Made by a program: the position numbers and the translations under genes. Below, one piece after another: positions 38,398-48,649 of a DNA stretch of 64,000 nt. The DNA is from an uncultured Gammaproteobacteria bacterium. GTDB lineage: Bacteria; Patescibacteriota; Microgenomatia; UBA1406; HO2-37-13b. The DNA is taken from contig CAYQYZ010000001.1 in the NCBI GenBank assembly GCA_964422025.1, positions 277,181 through 341,180 on the forward strand, given 5' to 3'. The notes beneath the pieces are model-generated. The model saw only the letters and a program-made list of their open reading frames with translations, had not been told where the DNA came from and did no database searches. Position 1 is the first letter of the stretch; every line of letters begins with the position of its first letter.

Positions 38398-39978
38398 CTA
38401 CTGTGCAACGTCTTGCATAATCTCTTTGGCTTCCTCTTCCTTATGGAGTTTAACAAGAACTATTGCAAGATTTCTACGGATATTTGGTTCTTGGGGAGCG
38501 ATTTTTAGAGCCTTGCGCAGCACGGTTTCAGCTTCGGTATATTTATTCTGAATAAAGAGCAAGTATCCAATCGCTTGGTACGACTGCCATAAATTAGGAT
38601 TTGCAGCAATTGCCCTTTCATAACTTGCTATTGCGTTTGGAATATCTTTCTTTTGCTGATACGTAGTTCCCAAATTGTGTAGCGCATCGCCATATTGAGG
38701 ATTTAGTTCAATTGCACGCTTAAAATGAATAATAGCTTGGTCAAAATCTCCGTGACGTGAATAGTAATCGCCTAAATTGTTGTGATTTTGCGGGCTAGTT
38801 GGCGACGTTTTTCCGGTAGCAAGCCACAAAAAATCTTGATTCCTCCAATCAAGATTACGAGAAAGTGTGCGTGGCACAAACAAGGCAATTATGACAACAA
38901 ACAAACCATAGCCAATATATTTTGCATTTTCATGTAGTACAAGTTTTGCCAAACCCCATGCTAGCACCACGCTAAGCGCTGCTACTCCTAAATACACGTA
39001 TCGTTCTGCGACAACCCAAGCAATGGGTAGCGGAGTGAGGGTAGGGAGGAGAATAATCGTAAACATGCCCAGCCAAAATGCAATAAATTTCTGCTTTTTG
39101 AAAGTAGCAGCCAAAAGAACGAAATAGATAACTACCAACACGCACCGCAAGAAAAACTCCATCTTTGTAAACACAAGTTCTGAATGATAAAAACTAAGTG
39201 AGAGTGGCAGCATGAATAGAATTAAATATGAAGAGAGGGCAATTGGAATTTGGTATAAAGGATTCATTACACCAGAGCTTTGGTAGAAATTTGTTTGAAG
39301 CGACTCGACGCGTTGGCCAATTTGACTTATGTAAAAAGCTCCTAAAGCTCCAGCGAGAGCGAAATATGGCAATAACCTCTTATAATTCTCTTTTACTGAG
39401 CCAAAACACAATTCATACCATACGAGGAGCAACGGAAATACTGTGGCTTTTTCCGATGTCCATAAAGCTAATATAAAAAAGAGAATTGATAATATATATC
39501 TCCACACGCTCCTGCGAGCTATTAAGTAGAAAAGAAATGCAGCTAGAAAGAAAAATCCATACTGTGTGTATGTGCCACCTGAAATCCAGGTTACCGATTC
39601 TGTAACAAGCGGGTGCACTGCAAAAATACTCGCAGCAAAAAAAGCAATCAGTTCAAATCCAAAGGTACATACAATCGCGTAGAGCAAAAGTACGGAACCC
39701 GCATGAAATAAAATATTTGATAATCGAAATAACGTTGGATCAGCTCCGGTAACAGTGTAAATAGTTGTGTATAGTAGAGTACGAAGAGCCGATTGTGGGC
39801 GTATAAACGCATTTCCAAAATCGCCAACGAGTGGATTATTCTGAATTACTGCAATATCATCGGACAAAAAAGCATGCTGTAGGGTCATTACATAACACCC
39901 AATTACCAGAAAGAATAGAAAAATCATTCGCGTCATGTGTTCGCGCAACCATTTTTTTTGATACGTTGTAAACATCAT
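38398..39978 (-). CDS. polytopic membrane protein with C-terminal TPR repeats (TMTC/PMT-like GT-C candidate)
   Basis: About 10 TM segments. The first loop carries 'FLSDDIAVIQNNPLV'. The C-terminus has TPR repeats ('NLGDYYSRHGDFDQAIIHFKRAIELNPQYGDALHNLG...'). Confidence 0.8.
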   Translation of the reverse strand: MMFTTYQKKWLREHMTRMIFLFFLVIGCYVMTLQHAFLSDDIAVIQNNPLVGDFGNAFIRPQSALRTLLYTTIYTVTGADPTLFRLSNILFHAGSVLLLYAIVCTFGFELIAFFAASIFAVHPLVTESVTWISGGTYTQYGFFFLAAFLFYLIARRSVWRYILSILFFILALWTSEKATVFPLLLVWYELCFGSVKENYKRLLPYFALAGALGAFYISQIGQRVESLQTNFYQSSGVMNPLYQIPIALSSYLILFMLPLSLSFYHSELVFTKMEFFLRCVLVVIYFVLLAATFKKQKFIAFWLGMFTIILLPTLTPLPIAWVVAERYVYLGVAALSVVLAWGLAKLVLHENAKYIGYGLFVVIIALFVPRTLSRNLDWRNQDFLWLATGKTSPTSPQNHNNLGDYYSRHGDFDQAIIHFKRAIELNPQYGDALHNLGTTYQQKKDIPNAIASYERAIAANPNLWQSYQAIGYLLFIQNKYTEAETVLRKALKIAPQEPNIRRNLAIVLVKLHKEEEAKEIMQDVAQ

Positions 39979-40030
39979 AGAACTTCATTATTTTACTAAA
40001 TATTTTGTTACAATACATCTTTGTAACGCT

Positions 40031-41032
40031 ATGAATGCTAAAAAATACACTCCACTTCTTTCGATAATCATTCCAACTCTCAATAATGAACGTGATATGC
40101 CTGTGCTTATGAAATCAATTTCTGCGCAAACGTACCCAAAAAATCGAATTGAACTCCTGGTTCTGGACGGAGGCTCAAATGACAAAACTACCCAAATCGC
40201 AAAAAAATACGGGGCAAAAGTATTTCATAATAAGGACGTTATGGCAGAACCCGGAGTAAATTTAGGCATGGAAAAAGCAAAAGGGGACCTTATGATGATT
40301 CTAGCAGTAGATAATATTTATGAAGACAAAGGGGCCTTTGAAAAAATTGTAAGCGTTTTTGAAGATCCTACAATTTTTGCGGCGTTCCCTAAACACGATA
40401 GTAATAAAAACGATAATCTCTTTACTACATATCATAATACATTTACCGATCCATTTAATCATTTCGTGTACGGCGACAGTGCAAATGGACGTACGTTTTC
40501 ACGGGTATATAAAACAATCACATCGAACGACATCTATGACGTGTACGACTATAACTCAAACCCCATGCCACCCATGATTGCATTTGCACAAGGAATAACC
40601 GTGCGAGGATCGTATCGACGTAGCAAACAAGATGCGTTTGATGATATTTCTCCGATCATCAAATTAATCAAAAGTAAGAAAAAAATAGCTTTTGTTCACT
40701 CTGTATCCCTGATGCACCACACAACGCGCGATATTCACCATTTCATTCGAAAACAACGATGGGCAACGCATAATGCGATATCAAAAACAGATTATGGAAT
40801 TTCGTACCGAACAAATTTTATTCCAAAAAAAAATCAAACACGCATGAAATTGTGGCCAGTATATGCGTTTAGCATTATTGGCCCGCTTGCTGTTTCACTT
40901 TTCGGCCTCATTCGCGATAAAAATATGATATGGTTATTTCATCCAATTGCAGCGCTCGTAAGCGCATATGCAAGCGCAGTTGAAATTTTAGTATATACTG
41001 TTAAAAAGCAGTCTCGGATAAGCCGACAGTAA
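40031..41032 (+). CDS. family 2 glycosyltransferase
   Basis: 'LSIIIPTLNNERDM' and 'LDGGSNDKT', followed by C-terminal TM segments. Confidence 0.9.
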   Translation: MNAKKYTPLLSIIIPTLNNERDMPVLMKSISAQTYPKNRIELLVLDGGSNDKTTQIAKKYGAKVFHNKDVMAEPGVNLGMEKAKGDLMMILAVDNIYEDKGAFEKIVSVFEDPTIFAAFPKHDSNKNDNLFTTYHNTFTDPFNHFVYGDSANGRTFSRVYKTITSNDIYDVYDYNSNPMPPMIAFAQGITVRGSYRRSKQDAFDDISPIIKLIKSKKKIAFVHSVSLMHHTTRDIHHFIRKQRWATHNAISKTDYGISYRTNFIPKKNQTRMKLWPVYAFSIIGPLAVSLFGLIRDKNMIWLFHPIAALVSAYASAVEILVYTVKKQSRISRQ

Positions 41033-41035
41033 TGT

Positions 41036-41437
41036 ATGGATTTTACAAAGAAAAAATTTAAAAAGTATAGCGATAATAGGGGAGACCTCATTGTTTTCTT
41101 GCAAAAAGGCGACTTAGCGGATGCCTACAAAACATTCGGTCAAATATATTTCGTAACGTTTACGCAAAAAGGTATTGTCCGAGGGAACCACTATCATAAT
41201 ATATGGCATGAATGGTTTGGCGTTGTAGCCGGAAAAGTTCGCGTAACGCTTGAAGATGTAAAAACAAAAAAACGGAAAGAATTTATTCTTGATGCAAAAA
41301 AGGATATTTACACCCGCCTTGAAATCGGCCCTGGAATTGCTCATAAGATTGAAAGTCTTACAAAATATGCTGCGTTATTAAATTATGCTGACGGTGAATG
41401 GAGCTCCGACGATAGCATTCGTTACGAAATAGTGTAA
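41036..41437 (+). CDS. cupin-fold sugar 3,4-ketoisomerase/epimerase-like protein (FdtA/WxcM C-terminal type)
   Basis: 133 aa with 'DNRGDLIVF' and 'RGNHYH' blocks. Followed by a hexapeptide acetyltransferase and close to a DegT aminotransferase. Confidence 0.65.
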   Translation: MDFTKKKFKKYSDNRGDLIVFLQKGDLADAYKTFGQIYFVTFTQKGIVRGNHYHNIWHEWFGVVAGKVRVTLEDVKTKKRKEFILDAKKDIYTRLEIGPGIAHKIESLTKYAALLNYADGEWSSDDSIRYEIV

Positions 41438-41439
41438 TT

Positions 41440-42003
41440 ATGGATTTCTTTGCCCACAAAACAGCCATTGTTGAATCAAAAACTATCGGAAAAGATTCTC
41501 GCATATGGGCATATACGCATGTCTTGCCTGGGGCGCAAATTGGAGAAAACGCAAACATTTGCGATTTCTGCTTTATTGAGAATGATGTAGTTTTAGGCAA
41601 TAATGTGACCGTTAAATGCGGGGTATATTTGTGGGATGGAATAACTGTTGAGGATAATGTCATGATTGGCCCGGCGGCTGCTTTTACGAATGATCTGTTT
41701 CCGCGAAGTAAAAATACCGAATATAAACTCGAAAAAACACTTCTTAAGAAAGGCTGTAGCATTGGAGCGAACGCTACGATAATTGCAGGAATAACAATTG
41801 GAGAGCACGCACTGGTAGGAGCCGGAGCAGTAGTAACCAAATCGGTTCCAAATTTTGGACTCGCGTACGGAAACCCTGCAACTCTGAATGGATTTATATG
41901 TGTTTGTACCAAAAAAATGCTGTTTGAACAAGATAATTATACCTGTTATTGTGGTCGAAAATATGTTAAAAAGAACTCTTCTACTGTTGAACAAAATGTA
42001 TGA
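41440..42003 (+). CDS. left-handed beta-helix (hexapeptide) N-acetyltransferase (FdtC/WbpD-like)
   Basis: Tandem hexapeptide repeats ('IGENANICDFCFIENDVVLGNNVTVKCGVYL...IGANATIIAGITIGEHALVGAGAVV'). Confidence 0.85.
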   Translation: MDFFAHKTAIVESKTIGKDSRIWAYTHVLPGAQIGENANICDFCFIENDVVLGNNVTVKCGVYLWDGITVEDNVMIGPAAAFTNDLFPRSKNTEYKLEKTLLKKGCSIGANATIIAGITIGEHALVGAGAVVTKSVPNFGLAYGNPATLNGFICVCTKKMLFEQDNYTCYCGRKYVKKNSSTVEQNV

Positions 42004-43007
42004 AAAAACCGACAAGTTTAGTAACGGGTGGAGCAGGCTTTATTGGAAGCCACGTTGTAGATCATTTGCTTTCAATGGGACACAACGTAGTGGTTCTTGA
42101 TGATTTAAGCGGAGGATTTACTCGAAACGTCCCAAAAGATTCTGTTTTTGTAACAGGTAGCATTCTGAATGAAAAACTTCTTGATCAATTATTTGAAATG
42201 TGCCGGTTTGATTACGTATATCATTTGGCAGCATATGCAGCTGAAGGCTTGAGCCATTTCATTCGTCATTTTAATTACGACAATAATTTAATTGGCTCAG
42301 TAAATCTCATTAACCGAAGCATTCTACATAAGGTAAAGCGATTTGTTTTCACTTCTAGCATCGCAGTCTATGGCGCTAATCAAACGCCCATGCGCGAAGA
42401 TATGCAACCCCAACCCGAAGACCCCTACGGCATTGCCAAATATGCCGTTGAACTTGATCTGAAAGCCGCCTACCACATGCATGGACTTGAGCACACCATC
42501 TTTCGACCTCATAACGTATATGGCGAACGCCAAAATCACGGTGATCCATATCGTAACGTTTTAGGAATTTTCATAAATAACATGATGTTGGGAAAACCCA
42601 TGACTATTTTTGGAGACGGCACTCAAACACGAGCGTTTTCATACATCGATGATGTTGCCCCCTATATTGCCAATTGTGTCGATAAAAAAGAAACAGTAAA
42701 CGAAATTTATAATATTGGCGCCGACAAACCCTACACCGTTAACGAACTTGCGCAAGTGATGGCAGATTCATTGGGAATTAAACCCACCATTAAGCATTTA
42801 GCTGCTCGTAAAGAAGTTTTACATGCATTCTCAGATCATTCCAAAGTTGCTCGTGATTTTAATATTCAAAAATATGTTGATTTACAAATAGGTATTGAAC
42901 GTATGGTCGCATGGGCAAAAGAAATCGGCCCGCTGCCAACAAAGAAATTTAAGAATATTGAAATTTACGAAAACTTGCCACCTTCCTGGCAAAAAATGGT
43001 TGAATAA
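42000..43007 (+). CDS. NAD-dependent sugar epimerase/dehydratase (extended SDR)
   Basis: '[13 protein letters not shown]' Rossmann motif and the 'YGIAKYAVE' YxxxK motif. Confidence 0.9.
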   Translation: MKKPTSLVTGGAGFIGSHVVDHLLSMGHNVVVLDDLSGGFTRNVPKDSVFVTGSILNEKLLDQLFEMCRFDYVYHLAAYAAEGLSHFIRHFNYDNNLIGSVNLINRSILHKVKRFVFTSSIAVYGANQTPMREDMQPQPEDPYGIAKYAVELDLKAAYHMHGLEHTIFRPHNVYGERQNHGDPYRNVLGIFINNMMLGKPMTIFGDGTQTRAFSYIDDVAPYIANCVDKKETVNEIYNIGADKPYTVNELAQVMADSLGIKPTIKHLAARKEVLHAFSDHSKVARDFNIQKYVDLQIGIERMVAWAKEIGPLPTKKFKNIEIYENLPPSWQKMVE

Positions 43008-43008
43008 T

Positions 43009-44103
43009 ATGGATATAAAATTTTTAGATTTTGATCGGCAGTTTAAAACCTTGTCGCAGGAAATCGAGAAGGCGATTGCGGGAGTGCTTAAACGGCAGAT
43101 ATTTATTTTAGGTCCTGAAGTTGAAGCATTCGAAAAAGATTTTGCGAAGTATTTGGGAGTCAAATATGTTGTTGGTCTTAATTCTGGAACTGATGCATTG
43201 GAATTTTGTTTACGAGCGTTAGATATTAAAGAAGGCGATGAGGTTATTACCCCCGCAAATAGTTTCGTAGCAACATCGCTTGCAATCTCATACGTTGGAG
43301 CAAAACCAGTACTCGTAGATTGCGATCCTGATACATATCAAGTAAGCATTACCGACATCGAAAAGAAAATTACTAAAAAAACAAAGGCAATTTTACCGGT
43401 TCATTTATACGGTGCGCCTTGCGAGATTGATAAGATCATAAAAATTGCAAAGAAGCATAAGTTATTTGTAATCGAAGATGTCGCTCAAGCCGTTGGATCT
43501 ACACTCAACGGAAAAAAACTCGGCTCTTTTGGAGATATTAACGCATTTAGTTTCTACCCCGGAAAAAATTTAGGAGCGTATGGCGACGCAGGAGCCATTG
43601 CCACAAACAGCAAAAAACTGTTTGAAAAAGCAAAATTTTTACGTAACTACGGCCAAACAAAAAAATATCATCACGTAACATTCGGCCGTAATAGCCGTCT
43701 TGATGAAATCCAAGCAGCCGTCTTACGAGTAAAACTCAAATACATTGATGATTGGAACTTAGCACGCCGTCAAGTCGCAAATATATATTACGACACACTC
43801 TCAAAAATTAAAACACAAGTATTGCTTCCAAAAGGAGAATCAAATTATCATTTATTTGTAATAGAAACTAAAAAACGCAATCAATTGCAAAAATTTCTTG
43901 AAAAAAATAACATTGGCACGCTTATTCATTATCCAATTCCAATACATTTACAAAAAACATATTCTCATTTAGGTCATAAAAAGGGCAATTTTCCGGTTGC
44001 TGAGAAAGTTGCAAAAAGTATTCTTAGCCTACCCATTTATCCCGGTCTTACAAAAAAAGAAATTACTCATATCTCACAAAAAATCGAATCCTTTTTTTCA
44101 TGA
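43009..44103 (+). CDS. DegT/DnrJ/EryC1-family sugar aminotransferase (FdtB/QdtB-like)
   Basis: '[13 protein letters not shown]', 'SGTDALE', 'IEDVAQAVG' and '[18 protein letters not shown]'. Start set to ATG 43009 (MDIKFLDF). Confidence 0.9.
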   Translation: MDIKFLDFDRQFKTLSQEIEKAIAGVLKRQIFILGPEVEAFEKDFAKYLGVKYVVGLNSGTDALEFCLRALDIKEGDEVITPANSFVATSLAISYVGAKPVLVDCDPDTYQVSITDIEKKITKKTKAILPVHLYGAPCEIDKIIKIAKKHKLFVIEDVAQAVGSTLNGKKLGSFGDINAFSFYPGKNLGAYGDAGAIATNSKKLFEKAKFLRNYGQTKKYHHVTFGRNSRLDEIQAAVLRVKLKYIDDWNLARRQVANIYYDTLSKIKTQVLLPKGESNYHLFVIETKKRNQLQKFLEKNNIGTLIHYPIPIHLQKTYSHLGHKKGNFPVAEKVAKSILSLPIYPGLTKKEITHISQKIESFFS

Positions 44104-45056
44104 CAACTATTTTTATAACCGGATCAACAAGTTTTTTGGGAAGGTCAGTCATTTCTCGTCTTGAAAAAAGTAAAAAATACACATTAATAAAAACATCATT
44201 TTCCGGTGATATAAAAAACGGTGTTCAAAAATTGGATTTACTGGATTTTAAAAAAACGCGGGCGCTTTTAGTAAAAACTAAACCTTCAGTCATTCTGCAT
44301 TTTGCAGCTCTGGTTAATTTAACCCGCGATTTTGAAACTGCCCGCAAGTGTATTGACGCAAATATCATCGCAACATTAAATCTTTTGGAATCTACAAAAG
44401 ACCTTGGAGTCAAAAAAATCGTTTTTACCAGCACAGAAGAAGTGTACGGCGACAATAAGACTCCGTATAAAGAACATCAAAATCCTCGACCGCCATCGAT
44501 GTATTCTATTAGCAAGGTCGCGGGCGAGAACTTATTGCAATATTACAGCGTGCTCCACGGGTTCACGTTCATCGCACTTCGCTTTGGTACATTTTTTGGG
44601 CCAGGTAGCCAGCCGGACCGTTTTTTAACGCAAGTCATTCAGACCGCTCTTGCAAATAAACAAATTTTATTAAATTCGGGCCAGTTAAAACGCGATTACA
44701 TTTTTATCGATGACGCGGTACTGGCAATTGAACAAGCAATAAAAACACCAATATCTAAAAATGAGATTATTAATATCGGTGGAAAAACTGCTATTTCACT
44801 ATATACATTTGTAAAAAAAGTAGTCAAACATTCTCAAAATACCTCAAAAATAATTCTCAATGCTTTTCCTGATCGAGTCGGGGAAGCTCGATATCAAAAA
44901 TTAAGTATTTCTCGCGCAAAAAAAATTCTTAAATGGGAACCAACAACGAGTTTAGACGATGGTATCAAAAAATCCGTTGATTTTTTCCGACAGAACAATT
45001 ATCATGTAAACGATGAAAACGCACGACCCCGAAGCAAAACTTCGCGCAGAAATTGA
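44100..45056 (+). CDS. NAD-dependent sugar epimerase/dehydratase (SDR)
   Basis: '[14 protein letters not shown]' and 'YSISKVAGE' (YxxxK). Confidence 0.85.
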   Translation: MTTIFITGSTSFLGRSVISRLEKSKKYTLIKTSFSGDIKNGVQKLDLLDFKKTRALLVKTKPSVILHFAALVNLTRDFETARKCIDANIIATLNLLESTKDLGVKKIVFTSTEEVYGDNKTPYKEHQNPRPPSMYSISKVAGENLLQYYSVLHGFTFIALRFGTFFGPGSQPDRFLTQVIQTALANKQILLNSGQLKRDYIFIDDAVLAIEQAIKTPISKNEIINIGGKTAISLYTFVKKVVKHSQNTSKIILNAFPDRVGEARYQKLSISRAKKILKWEPTTSLDDGIKKSVDFFRQNNYHVNDENARPRSKTSRRN

Positions 45057-46341
45057 AACAAAGATTGAAAAAATTTTTGCTCTTCGACAAAAGAATAAAA
45101 AGTTTGTTCCAGGAAAATCTTGGATTCAGTATGCAGGGGGGGTATTTGATCATAAGGAAATTAATGCGGCTACAAGTTCACTTATCGACGGATGGTTTGG
45201 TTTAGGTGCAAAAGGGGAATTGTTTGAGCAGAAAATGGCTAAATTTGTGGGTGCAAAGGGTTCCATTTTGACAAACTCTGGCTCGAGCGCCAATTTACTC
45301 GCGGTTACTTCGTTACTTTCCTATTTTTTCCCTAATCATTTAAATCCGGGCGATGAGGTCATTACTGCCGCATGTGGATTTCCAACCACGGTCAATCCAC
45401 TCATTCAAAATAATTTAAAACCCGTTTTTGTCGATGTTAACCCCGATACGTTAAATATTGAAGTCGAAGATTTGGAAAAAGCTGTTTCAAAAAAGACGCG
45501 GGCTGTTATTTTAGCTCACACGTTGGGAAATCCATTTGAAGTCGATAAAGTTGTTGAATTTTGTAAAGCTCATGATTTGTTTTTTATCGAAGATAATTGT
45601 GATGGGTTAGGTTCTGAATATGATGGAAAACGAACCGGAGGATTTGGAATTTTGGGAACGCAATCATTTTATCCACCACACCATATGACCATGGGCGAAG
45701 GGGGAGCAATTCATTACAACGACTTACGTTTCGAGCGGATTACCCGCTCATTGCGCGATTGGGGACGATCATGCTGGTGCAGAGGCGATGAAAAACGTAC
45801 GTGGGGCACCTGCCAAGCTCGTTTCAATTATCGAATCGATGGAAAAATGTACGATCACAAATACATGTTTAATCAAATTGGATACAACTTAAAACCCATT
45901 GAAGCACAAGCCGCCATGGGACTTGAACAACTAAAACGAATGCCCGGTTTTATTAAAAAACGCGATCATAATTTTAAACGACTTTTTAATTATGCAAAAG
46001 AATGGGAGCAGTATTTTTACCTTCCTACTTCACTTCCTAAAGCAAAGCCATGTTGGTTCTCATTCCCATTAACAATTCGCGACGACGTGAAATTTACTCG
46101 ACATAAATTAACACTCTTTTTAGAAGACCGCATGATCCAAACTCGTCCACTTTTCGCTGGAAATATTACTAAACAACACGCATATGCGAGAACACGAGTT
46201 AATTACCGTCAAGTTGGAAACTTAGACAACTCCACGCGCGTTTTACATAACACGCTCTTTGTAGGAATTTATCCGGGGAATGAGGATCAAGAAATTGATT
46301 ACATTGCCGAAAGCATTAGTGACTTTTTGAAGAAGCAATAG
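45013..46341 (+). CDS. RfbH/DdhC-like NDP-4-keto-6-deoxyhexose 3-dehydrase (E1-type, DegT superfamily)
   Basis: 'NSGSSANLLAV' and 'FIEDNCDGLG'. 'SFYPPHHMTMGEGGAI' has His-His where aminotransferases have Lys. A Cys cluster 'CWCRGD...C' is present. Confidence 0.8.
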   Translation: MKTHDPEAKLRAEIETKIEKIFALRQKNKKFVPGKSWIQYAGGVFDHKEINAATSSLIDGWFGLGAKGELFEQKMAKFVGAKGSILTNSGSSANLLAVTSLLSYFFPNHLNPGDEVITAACGFPTTVNPLIQNNLKPVFVDVNPDTLNIEVEDLEKAVSKKTRAVILAHTLGNPFEVDKVVEFCKAHDLFFIEDNCDGLGSEYDGKRTGGFGILGTQSFYPPHHMTMGEGGAIHYNDLRFERITRSLRDWGRSCWCRGDEKRTWGTCQARFNYRIDGKMYDHKYMFNQIGYNLKPIEAQAAMGLEQLKRMPGFIKKRDHNFKRLFNYAKEWEQYFYLPTSLPKAKPCWFSFPLTIRDDVKFTRHKLTLFLEDRMIQTRPLFAGNITKQHAYARTRVNYRQVGNLDNSTRVLHNTLFVGIYPGNEDQEIDYIAESISDFLKKQ

Positions 46342-46358
46342 TCTGATATACTGATGTA

Positions 46359-47426
46359 ATGATACTATGTTCAACTCTTCATGATCCTGATAATCGACTC
46401 TTGGACGATTTGCCCTCTGCATCTAAAGTAGTTCTTAAAAATTTCGATCAGTGGGTTGTGCGTACAACTTCTTCTACAAGTAAAGAAGTCATTTCCCAAC
46501 TTGATAAACTCAATGTTTCGGTTGTTTCCAATGCGCAAGTAATTATTCCAGATAATACAGTAGAAAATGATCATCTCGTCGCTCTATCTGAGGGGCTCAA
46601 CCAATCTCTATTAATCAAAACTCAAACTCTTGCCTATATTGATGGCGATCGAGTTATTGTGGCAGCCAAATATTTCAAAGAAGAATTTGAAAAAATGGCA
46701 CAACTTATTAATAGAATTAAATTCACTGAGAAATATTATTTAAATCTAGGACGAAGCCCTGAAGACTTTTTTACTCATCATGCACCCTTAGTTCAAACAG
46801 AGCTTGGATTCTCTAAATTGTATACAGATGTATTTCAAATTTTAGATAAAAACAAGAACGTAAAAGCCATTGACATCGGAAGTACAGGACATGTTATGAC
46901 ACTCGATGTAGCGCACGGCATAATCGAGCAATCCCAAAACATGGAACGAGTTACGTATCCGCATCCATTGTGGCTTATTATTGCAAAGAAAATGGGCGCA
47001 ACTATTGATACATGCACCATCCAGAAAGTTCTAACATTTGAAACACCGGAGCAATATAGAAATGAAATTAGCGAACGCTTGCTGAAACTTGGTAAACATG
47101 ATGAATCGCAAAATTACAAAGATCCACATACTCAATTTGCTGTGTTGCAAGATGAATATATGTCAACGTTGGGAATAAAAGGTCCCCATAGTGCAACGTC
47201 ACCTGAAGAGTGGGGAAAACGATTTGATTTGGAAAAAAGTTATTTGCAGGTTCTGAAAAAGTATCTTGGTGACATTGTTTCTTCCAAAAAGGAAATCACT
47301 TTTTTTGAAAAAGAAATCGATGAGAAAATAAAAACAATCAACACTCAAAAGGAAGCAATAATAAAAACACTTTCAACTCCTGAGGATCAAATTCGAGCAC
47401 GGCTGCGCGTTGCGATGGGCCAATAG
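46359..47426 (+). CDS. hypothetical protein, tandem paralog A (355 aa)
   Basis: Alignable with the next gene through the blocks STLHDP, WVVR.T, ENDHL.AL, DGDRVI.AA, THHA.L.QTEL.F, DIGST.HVM, PHP.WL..AK.M and FETP.QYR. Leaderless geometry: TATACT, 6 nt, ATG. Confidence 0.8.
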   Translation: MILCSTLHDPDNRLLDDLPSASKVVLKNFDQWVVRTTSSTSKEVISQLDKLNVSVVSNAQVIIPDNTVENDHLVALSEGLNQSLLIKTQTLAYIDGDRVIVAAKYFKEEFEKMAQLINRIKFTEKYYLNLGRSPEDFFTHHAPLVQTELGFSKLYTDVFQILDKNKNVKAIDIGSTGHVMTLDVAHGIIEQSQNMERVTYPHPLWLIIAKKMGATIDTCTIQKVLTFETPEQYRNEISERLLKLGKHDESQNYKDPHTQFAVLQDEYMSTLGIKGPHSATSPEEWGKRFDLEKSYLQVLKKYLGDIVSSKKEITFFEKEIDEKIKTINTQKEAIIKTLSTPEDQIRARLRVAMGQ

Positions 47427-47446
47427 ATCTGATATAATCTCGGCCT

Positions 47447-48649
47447 ATGATACTTACGTCAACTCTTCATGATCCATCAGCAACCCTTTTAGATAGCATT
47501 GCTGCTGCGGCTACAAACGTTCATAGGCACTATGAAACATGGGTTGTCCGCGTTACCGGAAATACGGATGAGGCGGTTATTCAACGATTAAAAGACTGCG
47601 GAGTAAAAGTTATTGGAAAAGAGGCGGAAAGTGAGATTGACAATCCGATCGAAAATGATCATCTGATTGCCCTCCGCGGTGCACTGGTTGAAGCACAGAA
47701 TAAGAATGACAAAATAATTCACTATCAAGATGGGGATCGGGTTATTATGGCCGCTTCAAGATATGAAGATGATTTTGCAGAAACTGTAAAAGATGTGCAA
47801 TCACTCCTTCACGAAAAAGGAGACAATCCCACCTTAACATACATTAACCTACGAAGGAGTGGACAGGACTATGCGACGCATCATGCAGCATTATTACAAA
47901 CGGAGCTTGACTTCAATACATGGTATACCGGAGTTATGGGAATTCCTTTAGATATCGGAAGCACTTCACATGTTATGACCAGCGATGTTGTTGAGCAAAT
48001 TTTAAAAAGATCACCCGAATTAGAGCGTGTAAACTTTCCCCATCCTATTTGGCTTATGGTTGCCAAAGAAATGAAGGCCGACATTAATTCCATTGAAACC
48101 AGAAAAGTTGGAGCATTTGAAACACCTCTACAATATCGCAAGCAGGTAGCCGCAGGTCTTGCAGACAGACCAGTGACTATCCTTTCACCCAATACAGAAA
48201 CTGGAGGAACTGATAGTAGAATTGCCACTGACGCTGAACTGAGTGAAAATTATGGTCTGCAAACCCAGGTATATTTAACTACAGAAGGCTTAACAGGTCT
48301 ACAAGGGAATTTTAGAAGGACAGAATGGAACAATCGCTTCAATAACGTCGAGCAATATTTAAGTTTTTTACGAGCACATCTGGATGTCTTTGCAATCGAT
48401 CAAGAAAGTATCCCACACTATGAAGGTGCTATTGCAAGAACTCTCGAATCGGTAGCACGACAACGTGTATTAATGGAAGAACTACTTCCCGAAAATGGAA
48501 TGGGTCCTTTAGATCCTAGAAGAGATATTGAGTCCAGGATAAGTGCATATTCACAAGAATTTAGACTAACTGATCCGCGAAACAGAGACGAAGATCTTCC
48601 ATCAACCGTTCCCGACGCGGGAACTCGTCCAGGAATAGAACGCTTTTAA
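47447..48649 (+). CDS. hypothetical protein, tandem paralog B (400 aa)
   Basis: See paralog A. Its own TATAAT (47433-47438) lies 8 nt before the ATG. The C-terminal half has diverged. Confidence 0.8.
   Translation: MILTSTLHDPSATLLDSIAAAATNVHRHYETWVVRVTGNTDEAVIQRLKDCGVKVIGKEAESEIDNPIENDHLIALRGALVEAQNKNDKIIHYQDGDRVIMAASRYEDDFAETVKDVQSLLHEKGDNPTLTYINLRRSGQDYATHHAALLQTELDFNTWYTGVMGIPLDIGSTSHVMTSDVVEQILKRSPELERVNFPHPIWLMVAKEMKADINSIETRKVGAFETPLQYRKQVAAGLADRPVTILSPNTETGGTDSRIATDAELSENYGLQTQVYLTTEGLTGLQGNFRRTEWNNRFNNVEQYLSFLRAHLDVFAIDQESIPHYEGAIARTLESVARQRVLMEELLPENGMGPLDPRRDIESRISAYSQEFRLTDPRNRDEDLPSTVPDAGTRPGIERF

Noticed and set aside
41358-42015. Minus-strand ORFs of 184 aa and 140 aa.
   Set aside because: They are antisense to the hexapeptide acetyltransferase, whose repeat structure is unmistakable. 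The periodic sequence of hexapeptide genes commonly produces long antisense ORFs.
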